Positions 28,316-42,700 of a stretch of 64,000 nucleotides of DNA are shown in pieces. Position 1 is the first letter of the stretch, and every line of letters starts with the position of its first letter. The DNA comes from Utricularia gibba. Taxonomy: Eukaryota > Plantae > Magnoliophyta. The notes under the pieces are model-generated. The model was not told where the DNA came from, made no database searches, and was given only the letters and a program-made list of their open reading frames with translations. The position numbers were made by a program, and so were the translations under genes. The DNA is taken from positions 1,488,001 to 1,552,000 of the forward strand of contig NEEC01000017.1 of NCBI GenBank assembly GCA_002189035.1, written 5' to 3'.

Positions 28316-31300
28316 CTATGAAGAAAGGATGGACTGAAGTGCGAGCTGTTGCTGGGGCTGCAAAGATGAAAACGTAGAGGCGAGAACGGAGGGTGGCAAT
28401 GTTTGCTGCAGTTGGCGCAGCAAACTGATCATTCTGCTGGCTGTTTGCTTCGTGGTGAGATCACTGCCAGCGCAAAGAACCTGCAGCAGAAAATTTAGGT
28501 GACTCGGATTATTTTACGGGCAGCAAGAAACGGAAACAGGGAGGGGGAGGATATAGAGCGGTGGCTCCTCGAGGTGGTATGAGCCTAACCTCCGCGAATA
28601 TTGAGACTACTTTGGGAAGATACTGGTTGTTGGGACCCAAGAGTTCCGAGTCAGACCTGCAGAGACAAAGCATTCTTCAGTTGAGCAATGTATGCGAATT
28701 AAAATAACAACATTAGTTCATTTCCCGACCTCTCAACCATGGAGCAGAGCTGGTCGTGAACAACTTTTGCTTCGATGAGATCGCCTTTGATTGGCAAGCA
28801 ATTCAGCCAGGCAGGTAAAACCTGCAATTTTTTTCCGACTAGATCAGTATGGAAAATGATGAGGACAATGGCGCCAAAGATGGAATTGAGGACTGGAATA
28901 CAATATCCAACTGTGGATATGTGCCACAAGATCATACAGACAAACAAATATGTAATACACAAATGCATAAAATGCCCAGATTGTGAGGGTTTACAGCTCA
29001 ATAGAGAACTGGCTTATGTAGATCCAAAGGTGAGTGAGATGGGCAAGATAGAAGAAGGATCCGTTGCGGAGAACTAGAGCGAATGAAATAATACCTGTGC
29101 TGAATCAATGCTGTCCCGGTGGAATAGGCATATCTTTCCAAGTGCCGAAACAGCATTATCATATGCCATCACATTCTCAGGCTGCATAGCATTGGGCTGC
29201 CGAATAACCAAATTGAGTCTTGAGAGCGCCTCTGCAATGTTAAATGTGGTCAGACAATGTTGACAAGAAGTTCAATCTCTGCAAATGAATTAGAAAATTA
29301 ATCCCACCTCCAACAAGTGGTTTAAATACAGAACCGCCAAATTCAGCACATACGCCAAGCCCATACACGGAAGCCTGTTAGTGGAAGAAATGGCAGTTTG
29401 AAAACGTTTCCAACAGTATTGCAGGAGATGCTGTAATATTCCCAAACCTGTCTGACATCTGGATTCTCATCCGTGCATGCTTCCAAGAGGAACGGTAAAT
29501 ATGTATCATAATACCTGAATATCACCGAGTCATATAACCAAGTGGACATTTATAAACATACATTTCCATTAGGAACACGTACTTTAATGCTGCCTCACGG
29601 CATTGCTCCGCTACATCATCAAATATGCAAATTGAAATCCTTCTTTCTTCAGGAGTTTTATCTTTTCCCTGGACAGAAGAACAGTAAGATGTGGATCATG
29701 GCACATTTCGCTAGCTTGCACTCAAAAATACCAGCATAAATTCATGATCAGCAGCTACGTGAAACATATGGTTTACAAATGAACAGTGGAAATGGGAGAG
29801 AGAAGCAAGCGCTTACCCACATGGGCATCAGGAATGGTGACAGCTCATCAAAGAAAGGCAAGAACGAGGCTTTATATGTTTTGACCATGGTTCCCAAGAT
29901 TTCACCAATCTAGGGACAAGAAAAACGAAAGCAAAATTTTAGATTCACATCCAAGCTCGTTTCAGAAAAAAAGGATGAACATTAGCAGTAAACACAAGTT
30001 GATAAAAATTAGAAACTAACTTGATCAAACACTTCTTCCTCTTGCTCGTTTTCTTCCTTGAGCAATTCTCCCTCTTCAGCATCAAAATCTTCCGCTTTGG
30101 TTCTCTCAGCTCTCTCCCTTTTTCTACTTGAGCTAGCTGTAATCACCCGTTTTACCTCATCTACTATACTTCTCACCTGGCTCTCATCAAGAAGCTGACC
30201 GGAAATCTGAGAACATATGGAGAAATATGAATAAAAAGGCCAGTCGATGCAATCATCTACATTGAAAGGTAAACAACCTGCAAACACTCGTTCAGAGAAT
30301 CCAACATGCTCACGCATATCTCTGTATCAGGCTCCTGGAATAGAACGAATGTATACTATCAGCGTCAAGATCATTCCATAAAAATTGTACTTTTCAATAT
30401 TGAAATAGATTCACCACCTTATGCAGAGCCTCCACCAAGGCAGGAACAATATAGTCACACAACTGTTTTACATATGTCTCATTGCGCCCCTGTGCCAGAC
30501 CTTTTTCAACGGCCAACTTAGCAGAGCGCAAAAGATCAGGCATCGCTAAAAAAATAATGAACTCATCAAAATGGCTTCACACATATATATAAATTGCAAT
30601 AAAGAAACCCATTACCTGAAACAGCAGCTCGCCTCACTTCTTCATGGAAATAAAACTTCAGAAGTGGAACCAATGTTGGAGCTACCTACAGGCAGGAAAT
30701 ATGAAACAACTGTTAAAAGACATCATAAAAATTCCAACATTTGACCACTCCAAACAAACCTGATCGATCCATGGATAAAAACCTTCCTTTAACTCATCTG
30801 CATAGCAGCATAGCATATTGCAAGCTGTGGCCTTTTCTTCCAAGACACTTGTCTTAATCCCTATCCTTTTATCACCCAAGGTGATAGTTTCCATGCTGAA
30901 AATTGTGAAGGAAAAGAAGAAAAACATTAATTTTAAAACATGCAAGAAAAAATAACCGAAATTCTGTATTCCAAAAACCCATAAATTATCCAACACAACA
31001 TCGTGAGCAAAAGGTCTAGTTGTTTGCTTTTGTTGTAATTGTAACCACCCAGAGATTTGACTGGAATCATAAATATATGTACATACAGAGGATTATGAGA
31101 CAGCAAAATAAAAATCAGTAGAAAATACCCAAGGAATGCACCAATGCACAAACAGAAAAAAATAGGGAAATGAATAAACATAAGCAAACCTCTCATCATC
31201 AGATTCATCGATTTCATCATCAGAATCAGCAGACGTGATCGTGACATCAGGCTTCAGCTGTGCGGATTGAAGCAAAGGAGGCATCACCACGCTCATATAA

Positions 31301-34164
31301 GGGAGAAAATCCTGTCCCAAGCACTTGCACAATCTGGCCCACGCCTAAGCATGCAGCAAAGGAGGTAATAAATATGGAATAAGAGGTGTTTATCAAGATT
31401 TATCAATCTCAGAGTGAAACCACACCTGCAGCATGTAACTGGTTGTAGGGTCATCAGACTCCATTTGCGATCCTTGCAATGACATAAGGACCTCCATGAC
31501 CTGGAATACGAGTGATGACAGAATTAACCAATTAGCTGTGGAAATAGTGGCAACATTGCTATTGTTTTTGTTTCCTTTTTCATTAAGTTATAAAATTCTT
31601 AAACTCCCTAGAAATTTAGAAGGTATCAAAAAATCCTATCTATATCACATATATTATACTCCAATGTATGCGAAAAACAAACCACTCAATACCAAAAGCA
31701 AATGCACTACCATAAGTATTTAACTTTTCCAAAAACAAAAAACAGGAGCCTAGTGGACAAGGTTATCTTAGACACTTACTGACTGTTAAAAATCGTAACA
31801 ATGCTTCGAACAAAAGAAACAACATATTGGGAGATAAAACGTTTCATAACCTGCTTTGCATCCTCCCTGAACTTATCCTTTCCAACAGCCATACCAACCA
31901 AACTGATGCATTCCATTGCTTTGGCACGGAGCATGCGGTTTGACTTGTCTGATGCATTTATCAATATTGCTTTTAAATATGGCATAACCCTATCATAGTA
32001 TATTTGAAATTGTTCCTGTTTCAACACAACCATCAGATTAGAACGTAGATGAGAAGCTGGCCAAACCCAGGACATAAGATATTAGCGAACCTGAGAGGAG
32101 TCAGCAACAGATGCCAAAGCAGTTAAGGCACCTTCTTGTACCATTTGTTTGGTATTCTGAGATATTTAGCGCACAAATAACTTTAGAAACAATCAAACAT
32201 GCGCATACTCATAGAACCTATGAAGGTCAATGATTACCTGCAACAAAAAGAGTAGCTTGTGCACAATTCCATCCAAGTAAGGAGCTAAAATCTCAGGGGT
32301 GCAGTTTTCACTGAAATTAAGCACTGCTGACGCAGCGTGTGCCTGCAGAAACATAAAATACAAATATTAGAAATAGTGATGTCGAAAAATACAGGTACTG
32401 TACGCATCGCACTGATCAACGAAGTCCCAATATAATGAAAAATAAATTCCCAGGGATCACCAAACAATTCCTCAGTTTAGGGTAACGATGGAAATAAAAT
32501 AAATCCTGATCATAAATCAATCACATTTAAACCGTTAGATAATCCTCCATGATGAGAATAAACTAGCACAAGCTTAAAAACCCATAGCCCAATGAGTAGC
32601 AGCTATGAAAGTACTACAGAATTCATACTTGAACTCGCGGATTTGGATAATCATCCATTGCAGACCCAAGTGCTGGTAGGATACGCAGATGGTACTGAAC
32701 TTGCAAATCAGGACCCAAATCAGTTGATAATTGTCCAATTGCATTAATAGCCGCCCATCTGACCCGTGGGTGAGGGTGTTGAAAGGAATTTAAAACCATG
32801 GTCACCACTTGCTCTAAATTCTTGATCATAATCTGTACATAATGCATCAACATCAGCGATATGATCAGTATACACATTCGGTGACTTCATGCATGCTATC
32901 TTGCAATATCATTTACATCACGACAAATATATACCTTTGAACAACCCTCAGCAATCTGAGCAAGGGCAATAAGTGCCGCATGATGCTTCTGCCATTCAGG
33001 CGCAGCAAAGTACGCTGGCAACTGCTCAGATGCTACTGGAACAATTGTGTTGCCGCCGAGGGCGATGGCAAGCCTGTCCAAGCACTCTTGTCCTATACTA
33101 TAGTTACTAGTTTCACCTGCATCTTCATCTTTCGTCTCTGCAGTGTGCCATGCTGGATCATCCTCCACATCTAACAGCATGTTCATTAAAATAGCAAAGA
33201 GTCTATTAATGAATTGAGGAAGCTTCCGCATCATCCCTGGGGCTCTCTCCCTTGCTTCTGCCAGTGTAATTACAAATTCTATAGCCAAATGTCTCGTTCC
33301 TTCCTCCAGATTTTCAGCTTCAGCAATCTGTAGCATAGAACCCACAACGTCAACAATTTGCCTTCGTAAAAACCTGGGCTCAGTTCCGGCCAATTCTATC
33401 AATAATTCTAAAGCTTCTTGGGCAGTCGGCTCCTGCCCAGAGTTTAACGCCTCTGTCAACGTCCTCATCATTGAAGGCAGCAAATCTTGGAACCTGTCCC
33501 TCTCGGTTGGACTTGACAAGCACTGAATAAAATTAATGACAGCACTCAATGCTGCAATCTTGACATCGGAGTTGGGAGAATTATTCAGCACATTCAAGAA
33601 CACGTTATGCAGATCAGTGATGTACGGACTCAATGTTTCCCCAATAAATTGAGCTAATTGAGAGAACATAACGAAAGCAGACTCTTGCAACTTCGGGGAA
33701 GTGGATGTCACACACTGAAACATGAATGGCAACATCTCTGGCCATAAATTCTCCGGAATAAGCGACGAGGCCAACTCCGATATAGTGTCGCAAAGCTTAC
33801 GTATGGTAGATTTCGATTCCTCGTTCTGTAAAGCCGAAAGCAAAGTATTTTTCACCGCAGCGCGAGTAGACTCCGTCAACTGCGGCCATATGAATGAATC
33901 GTCCCGCGTCAATTGCTTGCGGAGAAGTATAGCGGCCATCGCCCGTGCCTCGACGTGAACCGAAGTCGAAAGCAGTTGAGCCATCTTCAAGACGAGCGAA
34001 TTAGGATCCGTCTGGCGGAGCAAATTGAAAATAGATTCCGCTTGCGATCGCTGCTCGTTGGAGGTTGACATCAAATGCGAGATCAGAGTCTCGAAAGCGG
34101 CGGGGTCCGGCCCCAGAAACGCCGCGAGCTGCGCCTGCTGGAGCTGAGAAGGCCCGCCGTCCAT
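28316..34164 (-). CDS. KETCH1: Importin-5 / karyopherin beta-3 (KETCH1/IMB3-like), 20 exons
   Basis: Long first exon [61 protein letters not shown]-repeat exons include [40 protein letters not shown]. Ends LALQSILSS*. All 19 introns read as GT-AG and in phase. Confidence 0.96.
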
Positions 34165-34193
34165 CGCCTCCAAGTTCCCGACTGTTCAAAGAT

Positions 34194-34201
34194 TAGGGTT
34201 T
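34194..34201 (-). promoter_or_regulatory. Telo-box AAACCCTA in the importin 5' leader
   Basis: tagggttt on the + strand, 30 nt upstream of the ATG. Telo-boxes are typical of plant genes for translation and cell proliferation. Confidence 0.55.
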
Positions 34202-35201
34202 TGAGCGGTTGAATGGAATCCTATCTCACAAAACACAATGTCCCCATCTTCCACATATACACGGCCCTAGGGATATTTTCGTCACACCCAATTATAATGG
34301 AATTTCCATAACTACCCCGTCTCAATATAATGGTTATCATTAGCCTTCCCGCTCCGGATATTTTATATTCCGCGACACTAAAAGGCTTTATCAACCACCA
34401 AATTTTCAAATAAAAATACAATTATTTGAAAAATTAATTCATTTAGTCATTATATTTTATTACAATACTTATCATATATCATTTTTTTCTTTATTCTTGT
34501 TACAAATTTTAGTATACTAATTCAATTAGTATATTCTTTAATAAAGGTGGACATAGATTGGTAAAAAATGGATACAAATATATCAAATATTACGATTCAT
34601 TTTCATTTTTTATGATATTATTTATTTTAAACATTCAAGATTTTATGTTCTTCAATTTTAAGGAAAAGGTTTTGTAAAAATTAGAAGAATACTTTTATTT
34701 AAATATATATCTTTTTTTTATTCGTTATCAATATAAGATAGTATCAATAGATTTTTAATTTTACATTTTTTTCTTTCTTAGATAGTATACTTATTGAGCA
34801 TATATCGTTCTATCATTGGATACATATCCAACTCCTCAATCAAAATGAATTTGACTTATAAATTGATCTATTAAAAAAATAATGACGCAAATTTCAAATA
34901 TCACAAATATTAATTCATCGTGTTTAAAATGTTTATTTATTTATAAATACATGGTTTTCCAAACACCACAAATATATATTTATTGTGCCTGAACAATAAT
35001 GATAATCTTTATTCCTATTTAAAAAAAATTATATTTTAATATACAAATCAACTCATGATCTGGGTCGGATCAAGGATTTGGATCCGTATCCAATAGGCTA
35101 TCATTTGAAAAACGAACTCGATAAGTTCGACCCGTGCCCAGCTCGAACTGTTTGATTGCTCTGAAATTAACATTCCAAAAAGACAGGAGATTCAACACAT
35201 T

Positions 35202-38200
35202 TCAGCCAAAGCGCTTCCTGAAAAGTTGGTGTCTCTTTGAAGGGTCCTTGGGCTTGCTCTTCACCTGGCCCTGCGGCCTCTTCTGGCCGGTGCTGCATCA
35301 CACGGAGGTTCACTAAAGCAGGCCAAAAGGAGTGTTTGGAAGTGCAATGCAGAAGGATTTGTATGTATACCTGTACTCCATGTAAACCATTCCGCTTGCT
35401 CCCGACATGGCGCTCATGGATCCGGCCGACCGGCGCGCTTTCTGAAGGGATATGTCGTCCACGTCTTCCTCAAGTTGCTCTAACCCAACTGCATCATCTC
35501 CGGCGCTTAGGACCTGGGCAGTATCTCAGCTCAGCGCCCATCCTCTTTCTTTGAAAACTCAGACAAGGAAGATGAGGCGAGAAAATGAGTTACCTTTGCG
35601 AGGAGCGCGATCTGATCTTCGAGGCGGTAGTACCCCAGCTCAGGTCCCATGTCGGGTGGTGGCAAGCTGTTGATCACCTGCGAACCCATAAAGCACTTCA
35701 GCCGAATGAAAGGAGTAAACAAATGGGGGTGTTGGGAACTAAGAACAGCTACTTGACCTTGAAACTGTAGCCTTGATCGATCAGAAACTGTTGTCTTTTG
35801 GTGGAAAAATACATCTCCTGCATCGAACATGGAGCACATTATGGGAACAAACAATGATCGGCTTGTCAGGGAAATACCTGTGTGTCTGTCGACACAAGAG
35901 AGTAGAAAAATGCATTGTACTCCTCCTTGCCTCCTGCAACCCTGTCTTGAGGCTTCCCTAGTAACCATGAATGCACATGATGGTCCTCGGAGTTTAAACG
36001 ATCGATCTTGGTGCAGATATGCCAAAGAGAATACCTTCGCCCTAAGAATACGGCCCAGACGTTGTGCCTCTTGCCTCCTGGAGCCAGCATGTGAAGAAAT
36101 TTGGATGATGACATTTGCCTCGGGAATATCTATGGAGTTATCACCCACCTGTACAGAGACCGCATTGAAAGCAACAAGGGAGATATAAGCATGGGTGATG
36201 ATATAAGAATACTCAGCTCATATGCTATGAAGCACCTTTGAAAGGAAAACTGTATTCACATCTCGACTGGTTTTGAATGCTTCCAGAATTTTGGTTCTTT
36301 CAGGATGACTACAAGAAAAGGAAACAAAGGAGGTCACATAACTGGTATGGCAGAATAAGCAAAATCTGAGATCAGAACTCAGCAAACCTGGTGGCACCAT
36401 AAATCATAGGTTTTCGAAGCTTCATTGCGTACTCGGTTAGAGCAAAGAGATTGTCGGCAAACACTATGATCTTATCACCTCTTTGCTCTTCATGGAACCG
36501 AATGAGGAATTCACATGCCCTGAATTTGTTCGGGTTCATGACATACAGGGCCTAAAACATCATGCAGTAATGGAAAAAATAAGAACAGGCCAAATTCAAA
36601 ATGACAATAGTTTCATCCACCCTGCAGCAACCCGTATAAGGAAACTATTCAAGACCCCACCACAGAGAACTTGGGGAAAAAATATCTGGAAATCATGCCT
36701 GTCTCTTTTTTGCATTGTCCTTTTTCAGATATTCAGCAAAGAATTCCTTGGTCATTGGACACCAAACTTCAGCACATTGAACGTTAGCAATAAACCCCCC
36801 TTTGACTAAATCCAACCAGTTGGCTTCATATAACTTGGGCCAATCAGGAAGTTCAGGTCTGTGATCCTTTCATCCTCTCGAACCAGGGTGGCTGGAAGTA
36901 ATTCGGTCAAGATAAATATACATAAAGAGCGTACATTCAGAATTTGCTACTGCAGCATTTTTTAGCACATACCAGTCAGCCCCAGTTTGCAGTGGGATTT
37001 AGTGAGGCTGATGACCTTCCTAAACATATGTGCAGGAACCACATGCACCTGAACGTATATAAGCATGCATCACTGATTTAGTTTCTTCAAAGAAAAGCTT
37101 CAAAAAGCACTGGGTAGAAAGTACACATGATGAATAATATGACCTCATCCATGAGGAGCAATCCCCATTCACGGTTTCTTATTTCTTCTATGATCTTCTC
37201 AGCTTCTTCTGAGCGCTTGCCACCAAATGCAATCATATTGTATGTCGTCACCACCACCCCAGCACTGCCACGGAACCTCTCTTTGCTGTCAGATGTAAAA
37301 CGGCAGATTTGCTCTTCCTTTATAGTTGACCACAATTTAAACTGGTAAGCCCATTGATCAACAGAGACAGCATTTGTGGCCAAACAGAGGCAGCTCTTTC
37401 TTATGCGGCAGGCTGCAGAAACACCAACCAAAGACTTTCCAGCGCCACAGGGCAGCACAATTATTCCAGAACGAGCTCTGCCTAGATAAGCAAAAGCCGA
37501 TGGACAATATATAGGATCAGTAAAAAAAATTAACAAAAGAAATCAGCATTCTTCATAATCCAGAAAATGACAAAGTTCGCAAGACTATATATGGCCATAT
37601 TGCAAGCACAACACGGCCAGCACAGAAGAAGAACATTCATGTGAACTCACCATTTCCAAACATCTTACTAAGGCTCTTTTCTTGGTAAGGACGTGGTTGA
37701 GCATGAGGCTTCAGTTCCACTACAAGATCAGGGTTAACCTGAAAGGCATCCACAAGAATTAGTCCATCTTTCTATTGTACATGCCAACCATTTCGTGAAG
37801 TTTAAAGGTACTAACAGTGTCATTTCTGAAATCATACTCCTCCAACATAGGATAATTTAGAGCATTTGGTAGACAGCTTTGCTTTACATTTTCCACCTGC
37901 ACTTATGAATCAAAACTTGATCAGAAATCACTAGATGATAATATGCTGGCATTTAGTCAGAGCATTTAGGCTAACATGCTCGGTCAAAGAGACATATATA
38001 ATTCATCTCTGCAAACAACATTAGTTTGCATGGAAATAACATCGTTTCTGTCATAATTCCTTATTCTCATGAGGTAGGTGTGGGGGTGTATGGACATTAT
38101 GGCTACAGAAACTCAACATAAAATTAAGAATATGCTCCTACTTTGACAAACCTGGGCAGGGTCTATTTCAAAGGAGTGGATTTCCTTTTCTTCAGCTGCA

Positions 38201-39402
38201 GCAGCTAACTGTGCCTCATTAAGCAATCCATCATGTGTGCCTACGATTTCACCAGCAGATTTCCCAACTGTGAAATTGTCACTTTCTTGATTGCCCTAAA
38301 ACACCAATACATGATCACAAAAGGAACGTGCCTATACTCATGACCTCAACACCTTGGTGGCGAACTAAGATGAACCAGATCATCAAGAAACAAATTCCAA
38401 TAAGAAATTACCTCAGAAATGATTCTAGCCCGTGAGATTACATCATCTTTAAGCAACCGTTTAAGTACCTGGAGTGATACTTTCCATCATTCAAAAGATG
38501 ATAATGATAAAAACGGAGTATAGCTAACTTCTGTTTTGAAGCCATTTGGAAATTAGAAAATGCCATTATCTTGCCTCCGGATATGGTGACTCCACGAAGT
38601 ACTTGTTCTTTTTCAGAACAAGCTTCACTTTCCCATAATTGGCAGTGGAATTATGTATGAAATCAATCATCTCCTTAGGAAGCTTGGTCTTTGACAATTT
38701 ATTCAGAACAGATATTATGGTTTCAGTTTCAAGACCCACCGAGACAGCAGCATATAGAGAATGAGGAGTCAAGTTGTACTCATGCATGGATTCAGGTCTG
38801 TTGAACACCATAAACATAAATCATTACACATTTTTTAACCAAGTTACTTTTAGCCATGGAAAGAACAAAATGCTTCTAGTAAACTAAAGTGATAAAACCT
38901 CATACGGAGCATCAAAACTACATACAAATGACAGCCACATAATCATTAAACAAATCAAAATTACTCACCTACAAACTGGCTCAGCAATGGCTATGAGAAA
39001 ATCATACGCCTGCTTATACAAGGGAGAGAAAGTTTCAAGAAAAATTCTGCCATCCGCACAAGCCCATAAAGGACGATTAGAATGATCAGGTTTGAGTTCC
39101 ATTTTGGTGAAATCCCTGTTACTCCCTTCGCCTTCAATCAACAAGGTCAAAGACGCTAAACACGAAACGCTGAAAGTTGAGAAAACTGACATATTCTTAC
39201 CATCTCGAATATCTTCATCAAAGTCTTCCCCAAACGGAGCTTCATCCTCATCAGCAGCAGCAGCCCTGTACTCATCCTTCCACACCATATCCAAAAAGAA
39301 AACTTCAAAATTGAACTTCATTAAAAAAAATCTTCGTAAAGGAGAGAGTACCTTGGAAAACTTCAATTTTTTGCTTGGGCGACCTCTATCACCGTTTCCC
39401 AT
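35202..39402 (-). CDS. XPB: TFIIH DNA helicase subunit XPB, 19 exons; two apparent 1-nt deletions (about 36835-36839 and 35956-35958) and two GC-AG introns
   Basis: [60 protein letters not shown] (Walker A), LLLMDEVHVVPA (DEVH), [32 protein letters not shown]. Ends [11 protein letters not shown]. Confidence 0.96.
36552..36698 (-). other. GC-AG intron (XPB)
   Basis: CAG|GCATGA ... TTTAG|GCC restores KKRQ-ALYVMNP. Read-through hits TGA at once. Confidence 0.88.
38469..38574 (-). other. GC-AG intron (XPB)
   Basis: GAG|GCAAGA ... CCAG|GTA restores ESPYPE-VLKRLL. Read-through hits TAA. Confidence 0.88.
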
Positions 39403-39572
39403 GTTCGATTCAACAGAAAAGAGACCCAATTGAATCGAAAAACAAAAGAAACATAAAGATTATTTCCTCAGTTCCTTCTTCATAGAATCAAGACAGCACA
39501 GATTCACAATCTCTATTCCTGGGGAGAAACAGAGATCTTTAAAAAGTCGAGTACAATGAAATCCCGGTCTGA

Positions 39573-39595
39573 ACCGGGTTATGTTTGAACCCGGT
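39573..39595. promoter_or_regulatory. Inverted repeat ACCGGGTT-N7-AACCCGGT in the centre of the 311-bp XPB / beta-adaptin divergent promoter
   Basis: Perfect 8-bp arms seen directly. Function is inferred only from position. Confidence 0.4.
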
Positions 39596-39713
39596 CCTAA
39601 GCCTTTTACCCATGAATTTTTGCTTATTTTTCCCCCATTCCAAATTGTTCATCATTGCCATGTTTTCGCCATCGCTCTGAATCCTGGGCTTCGCGCACTG
39701 AGCGAAAACAGAG

Positions 39714-42700
39714 ATGAGTGGCCACGACTCCAAGTACTTCTCCACCACGAAGAAGGGAGAAATCCCCGAGCTTAAGGAGGAACTGAATTCTCAGTATAAG
39801 GTCCTTTTTTCTATTGCTCTAAATCATAGCGCATTTTGTTGTCCCAGTTGGGCCTCAATCAGCGATTCTTTACGGTGCTTTTGGTCAGTGATGTGTACCT
39901 CGATATGATTGCTGCTTTTTGCGCTTATATGATGCAAATTAAGTGAGATCTAGCGTTAGTGTTGTCTTCGATTTTTTTTTCCTGATTTATTTTATTTTGC
40001 TGGAAATCCCTGCTCATCCTCACCGATGGGTCTGCTTGAAATGCCTGTCTTCGAATCTAATTTTTTGATCTGGAAAGAAGTGATGCGGAGTGCTGTTAAG
40101 ATGAGATCGTAATTTTTTTGGTGGTCAACCGTTTAAGTGTTTAGGGCGGAATAACAGAGCTTTTCATTCAATTTTATTTTTTTTAGAATTGGGAAGGCAT
40201 TAGAATTTAATTGACGATCTCACTGTAGGATAAGAGGAAAGATGCTGTTAAGAAAGTGATTGCTGCAATGACAGTTGGAAAGGATGTATCCTCTCTTTTC
40301 ACAGATGTTGTCAATTGCATGCAAACGGAGAATTTGGAGCTTAAGAAGCTTGTATATTTGTATCTCATCAACTATGCAAAAAGTCAGCCTGATCTTGCTA
40401 TCCTTGCTGTGAACACATTTGTAAAGGTAAAGTGCACCACTCTTGAACTCCAAGATCTTATTTACTTCATTGGGTCTTGCTTCTATGGTGTTTTACTCAG
40501 TTATGTTATCTGTGCTTGCTTTCATTTCAGGATTCACAAGATCCAAATCCATTAATTCGTGCTTTGGCTGTCAGAACAATGGGATGCATTCGTGTTGATA
40601 AAATAACAGAGTATTTGTGTGACCCTTTGCAACGTTGCCTCAAGGTATTTGCAAGGTTTTTGTGTATGCAAGTTATGGAAACGTGTTTCACTGCTCAGAA
40701 AAAGTGAAAAAGAAAAAGTGAGAAATTGAACCCCAACTGTCACATTGTTTGGTTTTTTTAACCTGTTTCACTATACCAGGATGATGACCCTTATGTGCGA
40801 AAGACTGCAGCAATATGTGTAGCTAAACTTTATGACATCAATGCTGAACTAGTTGAGGACAGGGGCTTCCTGGATGCTCTGAAAGATCTAATATCTGACA
40901 ACAATCCAATGGTTGTAGCAAATGCTGTTGCTGCCCTTGCGGAAATTCAAGATCACAGTGCTAGACCCATCTTTGAGATAACCAGCAATATACATTCAAA
41001 GCTTCTCACTGCTCTAAATGAATGCACAGAGTACGTTTCAAATACGGCATGCTTCTTTTATATTACTTTGTTGCTGTTCTGAACAATATCAGTTTTGTGA
41101 GAGTTCATAATTTTGGGGGGTGCAAGTGCGTGTAAGGAAACTTCTAGGTTTTTTTTAACTTCTTCATTAGCTGCTTGTTTCTCTGTTAATCTCAGGTGGG
41201 GTCAAGTCTTTATTTTGGATGCTCTTTCCAAGTACAAGGCCGCAGACGCACGTGAAGCTGAAAATATAGTGGAGAGGGTCACCCCACGGTTGCAACATGC
41301 AAATTGTGCAGTTGTGCTTTCTGCAGTCAAGGTTGTAGTTACTTGCCTCTCAAAGCCTTTTTTATTTTTATCTTCTAACAAAGTTACTTTCAATACATCT
41401 TCCCATTTTCATTCCGTGAAAAAGTTGCTAATTTTTGTTGAAGAGTCTTTTCATCATTGTATGATCTTCATCTGCTTTAATATTTGTCATACTCAAACGT
41501 TCCTCAATTTATATCCTCAGATGATCCTCCTACAAATGGAAATGATCAGTGGCCCCGATGTCATTAGAAACCTTTGCAAGAAGATGGCTCCACCTCTCGT
41601 TACATTACTTTCTACCGAGCCAGAGATTCAATATGTTGCTTTAAGAAACATCAATCTTATTGTTCAGAAGCGGCCCATTATTCTTGCCCATGAAATCAAG
41701 GTATTCTCAACTTGGTCTCTTCTGAACACATTTAATTTTGCATATTTCATCCTTGAACTTGTAAGGGACGAATAAATAAAATATAACCCTCTCCCTCAAG
41801 GTGTTCTTCTGCAAATATAACGATCCCATATATGTGAAGATGGAGAAGTTAGAGATTATGATAAAACTTGCTTCTGACAGGAATATTGACCAGGTAAATT
41901 TTGGCGTTTTATTATTTTAGTGGATTACCCTATTGATTCTTGTGTTTGGATTTCGTTAAATATTTCTGTCTACACATGTAAACAGGTTCTACTAGAATTC
42001 AAAGAGTATGCCACAGAAGTTGATGTGGATTTTGTAAGAAAAGCTGTGCGTGCTATTGGACGATGTGCCATTAAGTTAGAAAGAGCGGCTGAACGTTGTA
42101 TCAGTGTCTTACTCGAGTTAATCAAGATTAAAGTAAACTATGTAGTCCAAGAAGCTATTATTGTGATTAAGGATATATTCAGGCGATACCCAAATACGTA
42201 TGCAACTTTTTCTATTTCCATTCTTGTTTTTTGGTTGCGTGGATCAATACATCCTTATCTTCTAACATATGTTATCTTCCAGTTATGAGGTCATAATAGC
42301 TACTCTGTGCGAGAGCTTGGACACTTTGGATGAACCTGAGGCTAAGGTGTATTCAGATTGTCATTTTCCAGGATTTCTTTTTTTTTTATGCAGATATCAT
42401 AGCTTGGGAGCTTCTGAAACCGTTTTTTGGTTCACAGGCATCAATGATCTGGATAATTGGTGAATATGCTGATAGAATTGATAATGCTGATGAACTGTTG
42501 GAAAGCTTTTTGGAGACTTTCCCAGAGGAACCTCCACTAGTCCAGTTGCAGTTACTAACTGCCACTGTCAAACTTTTCCTTAAGAAGCCAACAGAAGGTC
42601 CACAGAAGATGATCCAGGTTTGCTGTCTAGTTTCATAGAATCTTTTAAATGGCCTTCCATTTTTACCTTCAGTTGAAGTGTATAAATCAGGTTGTTTTTA

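Noticed and set aside
35531-36148. 205-aa ORF as an independent gene
   Set aside because: It is read-through across XPB exons and introns. Only its first and last parts are XPB coding sequence.
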